Source: Candidatus Aminicenantes bacterium
GTDB lineage: Bacteria > Acidobacteriota > Aminicenantia > Aminicenantales > UBA4085
DNA length: 64,000 nt
Direction: 5' to 3'
Assembly: GCA_963803915.1 (NCBI GenBank)
Contig: CAWDOL010000015.1
Location: forward strand, 24,323 to 88,322
Below are positions 22,523 to 31,213 of the stretch, piece after piece. Within the stretch, counting starts at the first letter, position 1; each line of letters opens with the position of its first letter. The notes under the pieces were generated by a model that was not told where the DNA came from, searched no databases, and saw only the letters and a list, made by a program, of their open reading frames with translations. Position numbers and translations under genes: made by a program.

Positions 22523-25003
22523 ATGTCCATGTCCGGTTTTAAACAGCGCCGCCCGAGGGCGGCTCGCAGGGCTTTCGGCCGTATCGTCGGCGATCCCGTC
22601 ATCAAGGATCTCAAGCCCTATTTCGATGTCGTCGAAGCGATCAAAGTCCTCGATTTCGGCCCCGAATCCGACGCGGGCCTTTGCGCCCGCGCGGCCGCCT
22701 TGCGCGACCGCGCAATCCCGCCGCATTCTTCCAACCCCGCTATCCCCTCCGCTCTCAAAGACCTGGAGGTCGAGGCCTTCGCTCTGGTCCGCGAAGCATC
22801 CCGCCGCGCCCTGGCCCTCGATCCGTTCGACGTCCAGATGATCGCCGGCCTGGCCATGGCCCGCGGCCGGGCGGCCGAGCTGCCGACGGGGGAGGGCAAG
22901 ACCCTGGCCGCCGTGTTCCCGGCTTTCCTGCACGCGCTCTCAGGCCGCGGCGTCCACATCCTGACCTTCAACGACTACCTGGCCCGCCGCGACGCGGAAT
23001 GGATGGGGCCGGCCTTCCGGCTTCTGGGCTTGTCCGTGGGCTGCGCCCAGGAGGGGCAAACCCCCGCCGCCAAGCGGGAAGCCTATGCCTGCGATGTGAC
23101 CTACGCCACGGCCAAGGAGGCCGGCTTCGACTTCCTGCGCGACCGGATCGCCGAGAGCCCGGCGGACCTCGTCCACCGGCCTTTTCATTTCGCCCTGGTC
23201 GACGAGGCCGATTCCATCCTCATCGACGAGGCCCGTATCCCGCTGGTCATTTCCGGCACCGAGGACCGGGTTTCCTGGGACGCGGCCAAGCTTGCGGCCG
23301 TCGTAAAACGGCTCTTGCCGGGCCGCGACTACGAGACCGACGACGAGCACCGCAACGTCTTCCTGACCGAAGCCGGGCAGGCGACGGCCGAGGCGGCCCT
23401 GGGGATCGTGGGGCTCTACGAGGCTGAGCATCAGCCCGCCCTGGAAGCCCTCTATTGCGCCCTCCATGCCGAGAGCCTCCTGCGGCGCGACATCGACTAC
23501 ATTGTGCGCGACGGCCGCATCGCCATCGTCGACGAGTTCACCGGCCGGGTTGTGGAGAAGCGCCATTGGCCGGACGGGCTGCAGGCTGCGGTCGAGGCCA
23601 AGGAAGGGCTGAAGCGCCGGACCGAAGGCCGCATTCTCGGCTCGATCACCCTGCAGCATTTCTTCCGGCTCTACCCGGCCATGGCCGGCATGACCGCCAC
23701 CGCCCGGACGGCGGCCGCGGAGCTGAAAGAATTCTACGGCCTGGATACGGTCATTGTGCCCCCCCATGTTCCGAGCCGGCGAGCGGACCTCCCTGACGCC
23801 GTCTATTCGAGCCGTGCCGCCAAGCGCAAGGCACTGGCCGGCGAGATCGCCGCTGCCCGGGCCGCAGGCCGGCCCGTTCTGGTCGGCACGGCTTCGGTCA
23901 GGGAGTCCGAAGAGCTGGCTTCGGACCTGGGGGAGGCGGGAATCGTCTGCGCCGTCCTCAACGCGCGAAACGACGAGCACGAGGCCGCCGTCGTGGCCGA
24001 GGCGGGCCTACCGGGGGCCGTGACCATTTCGACCAACATGGCTGGGCGCGGCACGGATATCCGCTTGGGCGGAGCGGACTCAAGGCGGCATGCTGAGGTC
24101 GCGGCCCTGGGCGGCCTCTACGTCATCGGAACCAACCGGCACGAAAGCCTGCGCATCGACCGCCAGCTCCGCGGACGGGCCGGGCGCCAAGGCGACCCCG
24201 GGCAAACCCGCTTCTTCATCAGCATCGAGGACGACCTGTTCGATCACTACGGGTTGACCAAGATCTTCCGCCAACGGCACCGCATCGAGGAGGGGGACGG
24301 AGAGATCGGGACCGCGGCCATGCGCCGAGAGGTCGAGCACGCCCAACGGGTCATCGAGGGCCAGAACTTCGATATCCGGCGCCAGCTGGCCAAGTATTCC
24401 TCGCTGGTCGAGCTGCAACGGCAAGTCGTGCAGGCGCGGCGTGATGCGCTGCTCCTGGGCGTAACGGACGGACCGGAGGACGACGCTTGGCCGCTCGGCC
24501 GCCTCCGCGAGAGAGACCCCGAGACGTGGCACCGGGCGGAGGAAAGGATCGGCTCTGCCGCTGCCGTCGACCTCGAGCGCCGGGTCGCGCTCTATCTCCT
24601 GGACAGGGCCTGGTCCGACCACTTGGCCTGGGTCCAGGATACGCGCGAGAGCATCCATCTGGTCAGCCTGGGGGGAAAGACGCCGATCGACGAGTTCCGA
24701 CGCCAGGCCACCGAGGTCTTTCTGGACTTGCGCCGGCGGATCGCGGAAGTCGTGGCCGACGAGGTCGAGGCGATCCTGAAGAGCGAGGACGACCCGGCCG
24801 CGGCCCTGAAGCGGCTCAAGGGCCCCTCTTCGACCTGGACCTACCTGGTCAATGAGGATCAGTTCGGCTGGGGCATGGAGCTGATCAAGGGCAAGAACAT
24901 CGGCTCCGCGGCGATCGCGGCCGGGGCCTTCGGACCCCTGCTCGTCCTGACCCTGCTTCTCCGGCGCTTCTTCCGGCGCAAGCCTAAGACGCCGCCGGCT
25001 TAA
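22523..25003 (+). CDS. secA2: Accessory SecA (SecA2-like) ATPase with a C-terminal hydrophobic tail
   Basis: TGEGKT, NDYLARRD, VDEADSILIDEARIPL, STNMAGRGTDI, QLRGRAGRQGDPG; no C-terminal Cys/His zinc motif; ends GPLLVLTLLLRRFFRRKPK. Confidence 0.9.
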   Translation: MSMSGFKQRRPRAARRAFGRIVGDPVIKDLKPYFDVVEAIKVLDFGPESDAGLCARAAALRDRAIPPHSSNPAIPSALKDLEVEAFALVREASRRALALDPFDVQMIAGLAMARGRAAELPTGEGKTLAAVFPAFLHALSGRGVHILTFNDYLARRDAEWMGPAFRLLGLSVGCAQEGQTPAAKREAYACDVTYATAKEAGFDFLRDRIAESPADLVHRPFHFALVDEADSILIDEARIPLVISGTEDRVSWDAAKLAAVVKRLLPGRDYETDDEHRNVFLTEAGQATAEAALGIVGLYEAEHQPALEALYCALHAESLLRRDIDYIVRDGRIAIVDEFTGRVVEKRHWPDGLQAAVEAKEGLKRRTEGRILGSITLQHFFRLYPAMAGMTATARTAAAELKEFYGLDTVIVPPHVPSRRADLPDAVYSSRAAKRKALAGEIAAARAAGRPVLVGTASVRESEELASDLGEAGIVCAVLNARNDEHEAAVVAEAGLPGAVTISTNMAGRGTDIRLGGADSRRHAEVAALGGLYVIGTNRHESLRIDRQLRGRAGRQGDPGQTRFFISIEDDLFDHYGLTKIFRQRHRIEEGDGEIGTAAMRREVEHAQRVIEGQNFDIRRQLAKYSSLVELQRQVVQARRDALLLGVTDGPEDDAWPLGRLRERDPETWHRAEERIGSAAAVDLERRVALYLLDRAWSDHLAWVQDTRESIHLVSLGGKTPIDEFRRQATEVFLDLRRRIAEVVADEVEAILKSEDDPAAALKRLKGPSSTWTYLVNEDQFGWGMELIKGKNIGSAAIAAGAFGPLLVLTLLLRRFFRRKPKTPPA

Positions 25004-25857
25004 TAGAGGACCTTGTCCTCGCCGCGCTCGCGGATGAGCGCCTCGACCTCTGCGACGATGAGGTCGCGCCGGCCGAGAAGGACTTGGATCTCCTTGGACG
25101 TCAGGTGGGCTTTGACCGCGGCCTTGACGGACTTGGCGTCCAGGGCCCGCAGCGCATCGAGAAAGGTCCGGGGCAGCTGCTGGAACAGGTGGGGTGTGCC
25201 GTCCTTGGCCTTCTGCAGGCCCGCCGCCCCGAAGACGAGCGTCCGGTCGAACGGGATCTGCGTCCGGAAGGTACGCGAATGATCGATCAGAATCATCCGC
25301 CGGCCATCGTCGCCGAGCAGGATGTTGTTGACGTTGCGATCGTCGTTGGCGATCAGGGAGTCGAAGGCCCTTTCCAGAAAGGCCTTGCGGTTGAAGTCTT
25401 CACGTGCGTCGGCCGGGACATCGGACCCGCGGGCCAGCCGGCTCTTCAGGCTTTCGGTGTCGTCGATCCAGAGCTGGAGCGATCCCCAGCCGCCGTGGAA
25501 GGAGCGTTCCACGGTGGGCGGGATCATGTTCAGGCCGAGAAGGGCGTCAAGCCGGTAGGCGGCGACTTCGTAGCGCCAGCGGTCGGGGCCGCCCTGTTCA
25601 AAATCGATGTCGATGTTCTTCCAGAGACCGAAGCGCGTGACGCCGCCCTTCGAGAGAGTCAGCTTCCACGGGTTTGTAACCGCCTCTGGGCCTCCCATCT
25701 GCTTGGAATCCACGATCCGAGCCGTGCGGAGAAAGTCCTCCAAGCCGGCCCGTTCGGCGAGATCGGAGAGCCCGACCTGAGCGGAAGCGGCGGCCAGGGC
25801 GGCGCTCCAGAGGGCAAGGAACAGTGCGACACGGCGACCGTCGATTCGGAACGGCAT
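25000..25857 (-). CDS. Exported atypical kinase-like protein (PI3K/PI4K-like fold)
   Basis: Signal peptide; EVAAYRLD, PPTVER, GSLQLWI, FDSLIANDDRNVNN, LIDHS. Confidence 0.7.
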   Translation of the reverse strand: MPFRIDGRRVALFLALWSAALAAASAQVGLSDLAERAGLEDFLRTARIVDSKQMGGPEAVTNPWKLTLSKGGVTRFGLWKNIDIDFEQGGPDRWRYEVAAYRLDALLGLNMIPPTVERSFHGGWGSLQLWIDDTESLKSRLARGSDVPADAREDFNRKAFLERAFDSLIANDDRNVNNILLGDDGRRMILIDHSRTFRTQIPFDRTLVFGAAGLQKAKDGTPHLFQQLPRTFLDALRALDAKSVKAAVKAHLTSKEIQVLLGRRDLIVAEVEALIRERGEDKVLY

Positions 25858-25977
25858 GGCATCCTCCCTGCGCGGATCGTTAATTGAGGATAGTCCAATC
25901 CCGGGCCCGAAAGCAACTTGTGTCGGGGCCTGCAACGGCGTATGGTAGGCTCTTTCCAATCCCTCCAGGAGGCCGCC

Positions 25978-26751
25978 ATGACATCGCTCAAAGACCGCGT
26001 CGTCTTCATCACCGGGGCCAGCTCGGGCATCGGCCGAGCCGCGGCCAAGGCCTTCGCGCGCGAGGGCGCCCGCATCCTCCTCTGCGCCCGTCGGGCCGAG
26101 CGGCTGACCGAGCTGGCTCGGGAGATCGAGGCGGAGTTCCGCGTCCCGGCTCATGCCTTTGCCCTCGACGTGCGCGACCAGCCCGCCGTGGCGGCGGCCA
26201 TCGCCGGCCTGCCGCCCGAGTGGACGGAGATCGACGTCCTGGTCAACAACGCCGGGCTGAGCCGCGGCCTGGACAAGCTGCACGAGGGGCTTCTCTCGGA
26301 TTGGGAGGAGATGATCGATACCAACATCAAGGGCCTGCTTTACGTCAGCCGGGCCGTGTTGCCGGGCATGGTGGCCCGGGGGCGCGGCCACGTCATCAAT
26401 ATCGGCTCGATTGCCGGTCACGACATCTATCCCGGCGGCAACGTCTACTGCGCCACCAAGTTCGCCGTCAACGCTTTATCGCGCGGCCTGCGCATGGACC
26501 TGGTGGCCACCCCCGTCCGCGTCAGCACGGTCGATCCCGGCATGGTCGAAACGGAGTTCAGCCGGGTCCGCTTCCACGGCGACGACGAGCGGGCGGCCAA
26601 GGTCTACCAGGGGATCGCGGCCCTGACGCCCGAGGACGTGGCCGAAGCCGTGCTCTTCTGCGCCACGCGGCCGCCGCATGTCTCCATCGCCGAGATGATC
26701 GTCATGCCGACGGCCCAGGCCTCGCCGATGCTGGCCCACCGCAGGAGCTGA
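25978..26751 (+). CDS. SDR oxidoreductase (YdfG-like)
   Basis: TGASSGIG, VNNAG, YCATK, PGMVETEFS. Confidence 0.9.
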   Translation: MTSLKDRVVFITGASSGIGRAAAKAFAREGARILLCARRAERLTELAREIEAEFRVPAHAFALDVRDQPAVAAAIAGLPPEWTEIDVLVNNAGLSRGLDKLHEGLLSDWEEMIDTNIKGLLYVSRAVLPGMVARGRGHVINIGSIAGHDIYPGGNVYCATKFAVNALSRGLRMDLVATPVRVSTVDPGMVETEFSRVRFHGDDERAAKVYQGIAALTPEDVAEAVLFCATRPPHVSIAEMIVMPTAQASPMLAHRRS

Positions 26752-26789
26752 TCGGCGCTCGCCCCCCCGCGCGTCTTCAGGGCTTCCCG

Positions 26790-28154
26790 TCAGGTCCCCA
26801 GGACAAGCCGGTTCTTACCCTGGGCTTTGGCCTTGTAGAGCGCCTCATCCGCGACTTGGATGATGGATTGCAAGTCTCGCACGGATGCGGAGGGGAAGCC
26901 TGCGATGCCCCCGCTGAAAGTGAAGCGCAGACTCAAGGCGCCGTACTGGACGTTGAGCGCGGCGACCGTCTCCCGGACGCGTTCCATGAACTTGTACCCG
27001 TCCACGGCCGAAGCGCCGGGCGCCACGATGAGGAACTCCTCCCCGCCGTAGCGGACGACGAAGTCGGAGACCCGGATGCTCTGGGCGATGGTCTCGGCCA
27101 GGGTCCGCAGGACGACATCCCCGGCCGGGTGGCCGAAGGTGTCGTTGATCTTCTTGAAGTCGTCGATGTCGATCATGGTGACGGACAGGGGGATGCCGTG
27201 GCGCTTGGACATCTCGAACTCTTCCGTCAACCGCTTGAGCCCGAACCTCCGGTTCAAGGCTCCGGTCAGCTCGTCCATGGCGGCCAGGATTTCCAGCCGC
27301 TTCATCAGCAGGCCGTTTTCCAGGAAGGGCGTGGCCTGGTTGATGAAATTTCGATTCTCCAGGGACTCGAAGTCGCCCCGAAAACCCTCCCGTCCCAGGA
27401 GAATGGCCAGCCCGATGCTGTTGGCTTGGTACTTCAGGGGGATCAGAGCGATGCTTCGCGGGGCCAGAGTCCCGATGCCGATATTGAGGGCCAGGGCGCC
27501 CGGCTCGATGTCGGCCAGGACGACCGGCGCCCCGGCGTCCAGGACCTGGAACAATCGCTTGGCGTCGAGACGGGACATCTCCACGGAAATGCCCCGGCTC
27601 TTCAGAAGGGTCAGCTGCCCGCGCTCGAGACCCACGAGACACCCGCCTTCGCCGCCGAAGCGCAGCCGGAACGACTCCAGGATGATCTCGGCGATATCGT
27701 CGATCTTCAAGGTTCGTTTCAGCTGATCGAGAAACGTCTCCGTCGCCCGTTCGTATTCGACGAAATGGTAGATCGTGTCGATGAGCGAATTGAACTCGTC
27801 GGCCAGCCCCCCGATGGTGTCCTCCGATTCCAGAAGGACATGGCAATCCCCGGGCTTGCAGCCGATCGTCCGGTCGGTCGTGAACGCGGTGAGCTTGCCC
27901 CGGAAGCTGACGATCTTGCCGCTCATCCGCCGCAGGATGCGATAAACGATGATCCGGAAGATCGTATAGTTCAGAAGGCCGACGAGCAGTCCCGCTGCGA
28001 TGCACATGAAGAAGAACAGCGGGCTCAGGGCTACGCTCCGGGGCAGGTGGAGCACCGCCTGGGTGAAGAACGGGAAGACCAGCCCCATGACCAGGCCGAA
28101 CCCGAGCATGGCCAGGAGCAGACGCCGCGAGACGCTGTTGAAGTGAATTCGCAA
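26790..28154 (-). CDS. Membrane-anchored diguanylate cyclase
   Basis: Two N-terminal TMs, DELTGALNRR, DIDDFKKINDTFGH, RYGGEEF. Confidence 0.9.
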   Translation of the reverse strand: MRIHFNSVSRRLLLAMLGFGLVMGLVFPFFTQAVLHLPRSVALSPLFFFMCIAAGLLVGLLNYTIFRIIVYRILRRMSGKIVSFRGKLTAFTTDRTIGCKPGDCHVLLESEDTIGGLADEFNSLIDTIYHFVEYERATETFLDQLKRTLKIDDIAEIILESFRLRFGGEGGCLVGLERGQLTLLKSRGISVEMSRLDAKRLFQVLDAGAPVVLADIEPGALALNIGIGTLAPRSIALIPLKYQANSIGLAILLGREGFRGDFESLENRNFINQATPFLENGLLMKRLEILAAMDELTGALNRRFGLKRLTEEFEMSKRHGIPLSVTMIDIDDFKKINDTFGHPAGDVVLRTLAETIAQSIRVSDFVVRYGGEEFLIVAPGASAVDGYKFMERVRETVAALNVQYGALSLRFTFSGGIAGFPSASVRDLQSIIQVADEALYKAKAQGKNRLVLGT

Positions 28155-28198
28155 GGATGCCTCCTTGGATTAGGCCTGGAGGGAAGACGTGCGAGCGC

Positions 28199-28621
28199 TC
28201 AGCGCCAGATCGTGACGATGATCCCAGCTGCCGTCATATAGACGATCTGGTATCCCGAGACGATAAGCCACAGGCCGAGCGGCTTGTGCTCGAAGAGGTG
28301 GGTCGTGGCGAAGGCCATGGCGGCGAAGCCGAAGCCCGCGACCAGCCCGAGGATGAGCCCGGCTGATAATCCCATCAATCCCATGGCGTTCGAGAAACCG
28401 GACAGGACGGCGGCCGTAATCAGCGCGCAAACGAAAGTTAGACCGTAGGTCAGGCCCATTTTCGACCCCGCGACCGTCTTGATCTTCTCTTCGGTCCAGC
28501 CGGTGTAGACGCCCCAGGGCTTGCCGAAGAGCGGGCCGTACCAGACGAACCCGATGAACAGCGAGGCGATGCCGCTGGCTAGGACGGCCAGGATGTTAAA
28601 AGGCGTGAAATCGAGAATCAT
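28199..28621 (-). CDS. DUF1761 family membrane protein
   Basis: GFVWYGPLFGKPW and four TMs. Confidence 0.8.
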   Translation of the reverse strand: MILDFTPFNILAVLASGIASLFIGFVWYGPLFGKPWGVYTGWTEEKIKTVAGSKMGLTYGLTFVCALITAAVLSGFSNAMGLMGLSAGLILGLVAGFGFAAMAFATTHLFEHKPLGLWLIVSGYQIVYMTAAGIIVTIWR

Positions 28622-28771
28622 GGAATTCTCCTTTCGCGCGATCAGGCCGCGCGATGCCGCTATTATGCTTCGATTATATTCGAATACCTGTTTTGGGGCT
28701 ACCGTGTTCGGGATAGAATAAGCTTGACCTTGAGCATCGTCATGCCCCATGCCGACACCCAAGGAGAAGTC

Positions 28772-29359
28772 ATGAAGACCCTTATGTTGAACGGCGGCGG
28801 CCAAGCCGCCCCGTATGGAGAGATTGCCCGCCGGGCCTCTGCCTGGCTCGAACGGCGTGGCGCCGTGATCGATGCCTTCGATTTGACGGCGATGGACATC
28901 AAGCCCTGTCGGGGCTGCTTCGCCTGCTGGGTCAAGACGCCCGGTCTCTGCTTCCAGCGGGATGCCATGGACGCGATCCTGCCACGGCTGGCCCGCTCGG
29001 AGGCCTTGCTCTGGATCACGCCGTTGGCCTATGGCGGATACGGTTACCACCTGAAGAAGGCCCTGGACCGGAGCATCCCGATCCTCCTGCCCTTCTTCAC
29101 CGTGCTCGGCGGCGAGGTCCATCACCCGACGCGCTACGATTGGCATCCCCGCCTGGCTGTAATCGGCGTCCAGGCGGAGCCGGACCCCGAGGCCGAGCGG
29201 GTCTTCCGCGCGCTCGTCGGCCGCAATGCGATCAACATGCATGCCCGCGTCCGGCCGTTCATCCTGCGCGGGAGCGAGGCGGACGGCCGCTGGGAGGACG
29301 GTCTGGAAAGCCTTCTGTTTGATTCGGCGCCCGCAGCCGAAAGCGAGGTTCGGCCATGA
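28772..29359 (+). CDS. Flavodoxin-fold / iron-sulfur flavoprotein family protein
   Basis: CRGCFACWVKTPGLC motif; AGGAG RBS. Confidence 0.8.
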   Translation: MKTLMLNGGGQAAPYGEIARRASAWLERRGAVIDAFDLTAMDIKPCRGCFACWVKTPGLCFQRDAMDAILPRLARSEALLWITPLAYGGYGYHLKKALDRSIPILLPFFTVLGGEVHHPTRYDWHPRLAVIGVQAEPDPEAERVFRALVGRNAINMHARVRPFILRGSEADGRWEDGLESLLFDSAPAAESEVRP

Positions 29360-30042
29360 GCACCTTAAACGCAGTTCTTTTGGTCGGCAGCCCGCGCGGG
29401 GACCGGAGCGTTTCCAAGGCCTTGGGAGATCGGCTGCTCCGCGGCCTGGCGGCCAAGGGCGCCGCGGTGGAGTCCCACTCCCTCTATGCCGCCCACGGCT
29501 CAGAAACCAAGACCGACGCCTGGCTTGCCGCGGCCGACAAAGCCGACCTTCTCATTTTCGCTTTTCCCCTCTACGTGGATCAGCTTCCTGCCCCCGTTAT
29601 CCTGGCCCTCGACCGGCTGGCGGAGCGCCGCCGGGCGCCGGGGGCGAAAGCCCGCATCCGGCTGGCGGCCTTGGTCCAATGCGGCTTCCCGGAAACCCAT
29701 CAGAACCGCCCCGCTCTCGAGATCATGGAGACCTTCGCAAAAGCTGCGGGCTTGGACTGGGCGGGAGGCCTGGCCATGGGCATGGGCGGCGCCGTATCCG
29801 GCCGGACGATTCCCGAAAAGCCCGGCGGGATGCTTCGCAACGTCCTGCTCGCGCTCGACGAGGCGGTAGCCGCTCTGGTTGAGGGCCGACCCATTCCGGC
29901 CGCGGCGATCGCCCGGATCGGGGCCCCGCCCATGCCTCGCAAGCTCTACTTCCTGGCCGCCAATTGGGGCTGGCGGATGCAGGCCCGGAAAAACGCTAAA
30001 AAGCTCGGTGCCCGAATCGACCTCTACGCCAAGCCCTATTGA
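29356..30042 (+). CDS. Flavodoxin-fold NAD(P)H-dependent oxidoreductase
   Basis: VGSPRG, FPLYVD, QCGFPE; ATGA overlap with the previous gene. Confidence 0.78.
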   Translation: MSTLNAVLLVGSPRGDRSVSKALGDRLLRGLAAKGAAVESHSLYAAHGSETKTDAWLAAADKADLLIFAFPLYVDQLPAPVILALDRLAERRRAPGAKARIRLAALVQCGFPETHQNRPALEIMETFAKAAGLDWAGGLAMGMGGAVSGRTIPEKPGGMLRNVLLALDEAVAALVEGRPIPAAAIARIGAPPMPRKLYFLAANWGWRMQARKNAKKLGARIDLYAKPY

Positions 30043-30097
30043 TCATCGATCGCGGGTGGCCTGCCGCCTCGGGATCTGGTTGGCCGCGGAGTCTTCT

Positions 30098-30330
30098 CTA
30101 ACGTGCCATTTCGGAGAGGAGCAAGCGGGACACCAGATTGAAAGCCGCGGGTGGATCGTACTGCAAGTCCGACGGTACAAGCGGTGACAGATCGCCAAGG
30201 AAGTCCGGATTTTCCAATTTGGCTTCTAGGTTTGCGCGATACTCCGCGCTGGCCAATCTTGTTCGATCATATCCATGCTCTTCCACGGCGTATGAGCCTG
30301 CCATTCGATTAAAAACGCATTCGGAATCAT
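30098..30330 (-). pseudogene. AbiEii nucleotidyltransferase toxin remnant with internal deletion
   Basis: ATG overlaps the antitoxin stop; MIPNAFLIEWQAHTPW..IEQD is joined out of frame to AEYRANLEAKLENPDFLGDLSPL; no catalytic core. Confidence 0.7.
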
Positions 30331-31124
30331 CGCTCGATATCCGGTTGTATATCCGTGTTGATCAGAATTTGCCAGCGGTCGTTTCTGTCTCCCTGAGACA
30401 GTGATCGTCCTTCAAGCGGCCGCCAAGTTAGTCGCCTTTGCTTAAGGGCTTCATGAAGAGCATCCGTTTTTTCTTTCCAGCCAGTCCTGTCCAATAGCCA
30501 GCCGATGCGTTGCAGGGGCGATATTCGGCCTCCGAGCCGGGCTAATCCGGCCAGTCGAATAGGATCGATCGCCTCGCCCAGCTCAACAAAGACCGTAGCT
30601 GCGTGGTTTAAAGAGGGGCAACACCGCCGATTGGCCAGAATATCATATGCCGTCAATTCCGGGCCGCTAGCGCGGAAATATCCGGCCGTGGCCTTGTGTT
30701 GATCAACAAAGGGTGCAGGTATGACTTTCTTGTAGTACACGTCGATGCGAAGGCCGCTCTGTGTGATCGGACGTATCCTGCGGTTCGCGAAGACTTGAAA
30801 GGATACCGGATGCTGGTGTGCGGCGCCGTGCAGCGCGGCAGCCGAAAGGCCGCCCACATAGTAGTCGACCGCCAGGAAGCGAGCCCAATCGTCCACAAAC
30901 CAATGAGGATCCAGGATACCCGCGGGTTGATGTTGAGCATCCAGCGCGAGATAGAAGCCTCGAGAGAGCGGTACGACCCATCCGTCTCGCTTAAGACGTT
31001 GAAGCAACATATTTAGCGTCTGGCCGCGTCGGCCGGTTGCTTCAGCGGCATCAGCCAGTGTGAAGCTGTACCGGCCTCGGCCTAGGACCGATTTGACGAA
31101 TTGGACCCCATTCTGCACGTTCAT
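30327..31124 (-). CDS. AbiEi-family type IV antitoxin
   Basis: GRYSFT, RGFYL, YYVGGLSAAALHGAAHQ, PELTAYD, QRIGWLLD; lower GC than flanks. Confidence 0.85.
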   Translation of the reverse strand: MNVQNGVQFVKSVLGRGRYSFTLADAAEATGRRGQTLNMLLQRLKRDGWVVPLSRGFYLALDAQHQPAGILDPHWFVDDWARFLAVDYYVGGLSAAALHGAAHQHPVSFQVFANRRIRPITQSGLRIDVYYKKVIPAPFVDQHKATAGYFRASGPELTAYDILANRRCCPSLNHAATVFVELGEAIDPIRLAGLARLGGRISPLQRIGWLLDRTGWKEKTDALHEALKQRRLTWRPLEGRSLSQGDRNDRWQILINTDIQPDIER

Positions 31125-31125
31125 G

Positions 31126-31158
31126 TGCGTTATATAACATAATGCGTTATATAACGCA
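31126..31158. promoter_or_regulatory. Tandem palindromic operator, likely AbiEi autoregulation
   Basis: tgcgttatataacat (31126-31140) and perfect palindrome tgcgttatataacgca (31143-31158) abutting the start codon. Confidence 0.7.
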
Positions 31159-31213
31159 ACCGAAAGTGTTTTAAAAGGAGGCGTATAGAAACCATTGCTA
31201 GTCGGCCTTAGAC

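Noticed and set aside
25884-28241. Long antisense or alternative-frame ORFs (also 8007-9914, 18650-20164, 43003-44439)
   Set aside because: Shadow ORFs expected in high-GC DNA overlapping recognisable genes; no motifs
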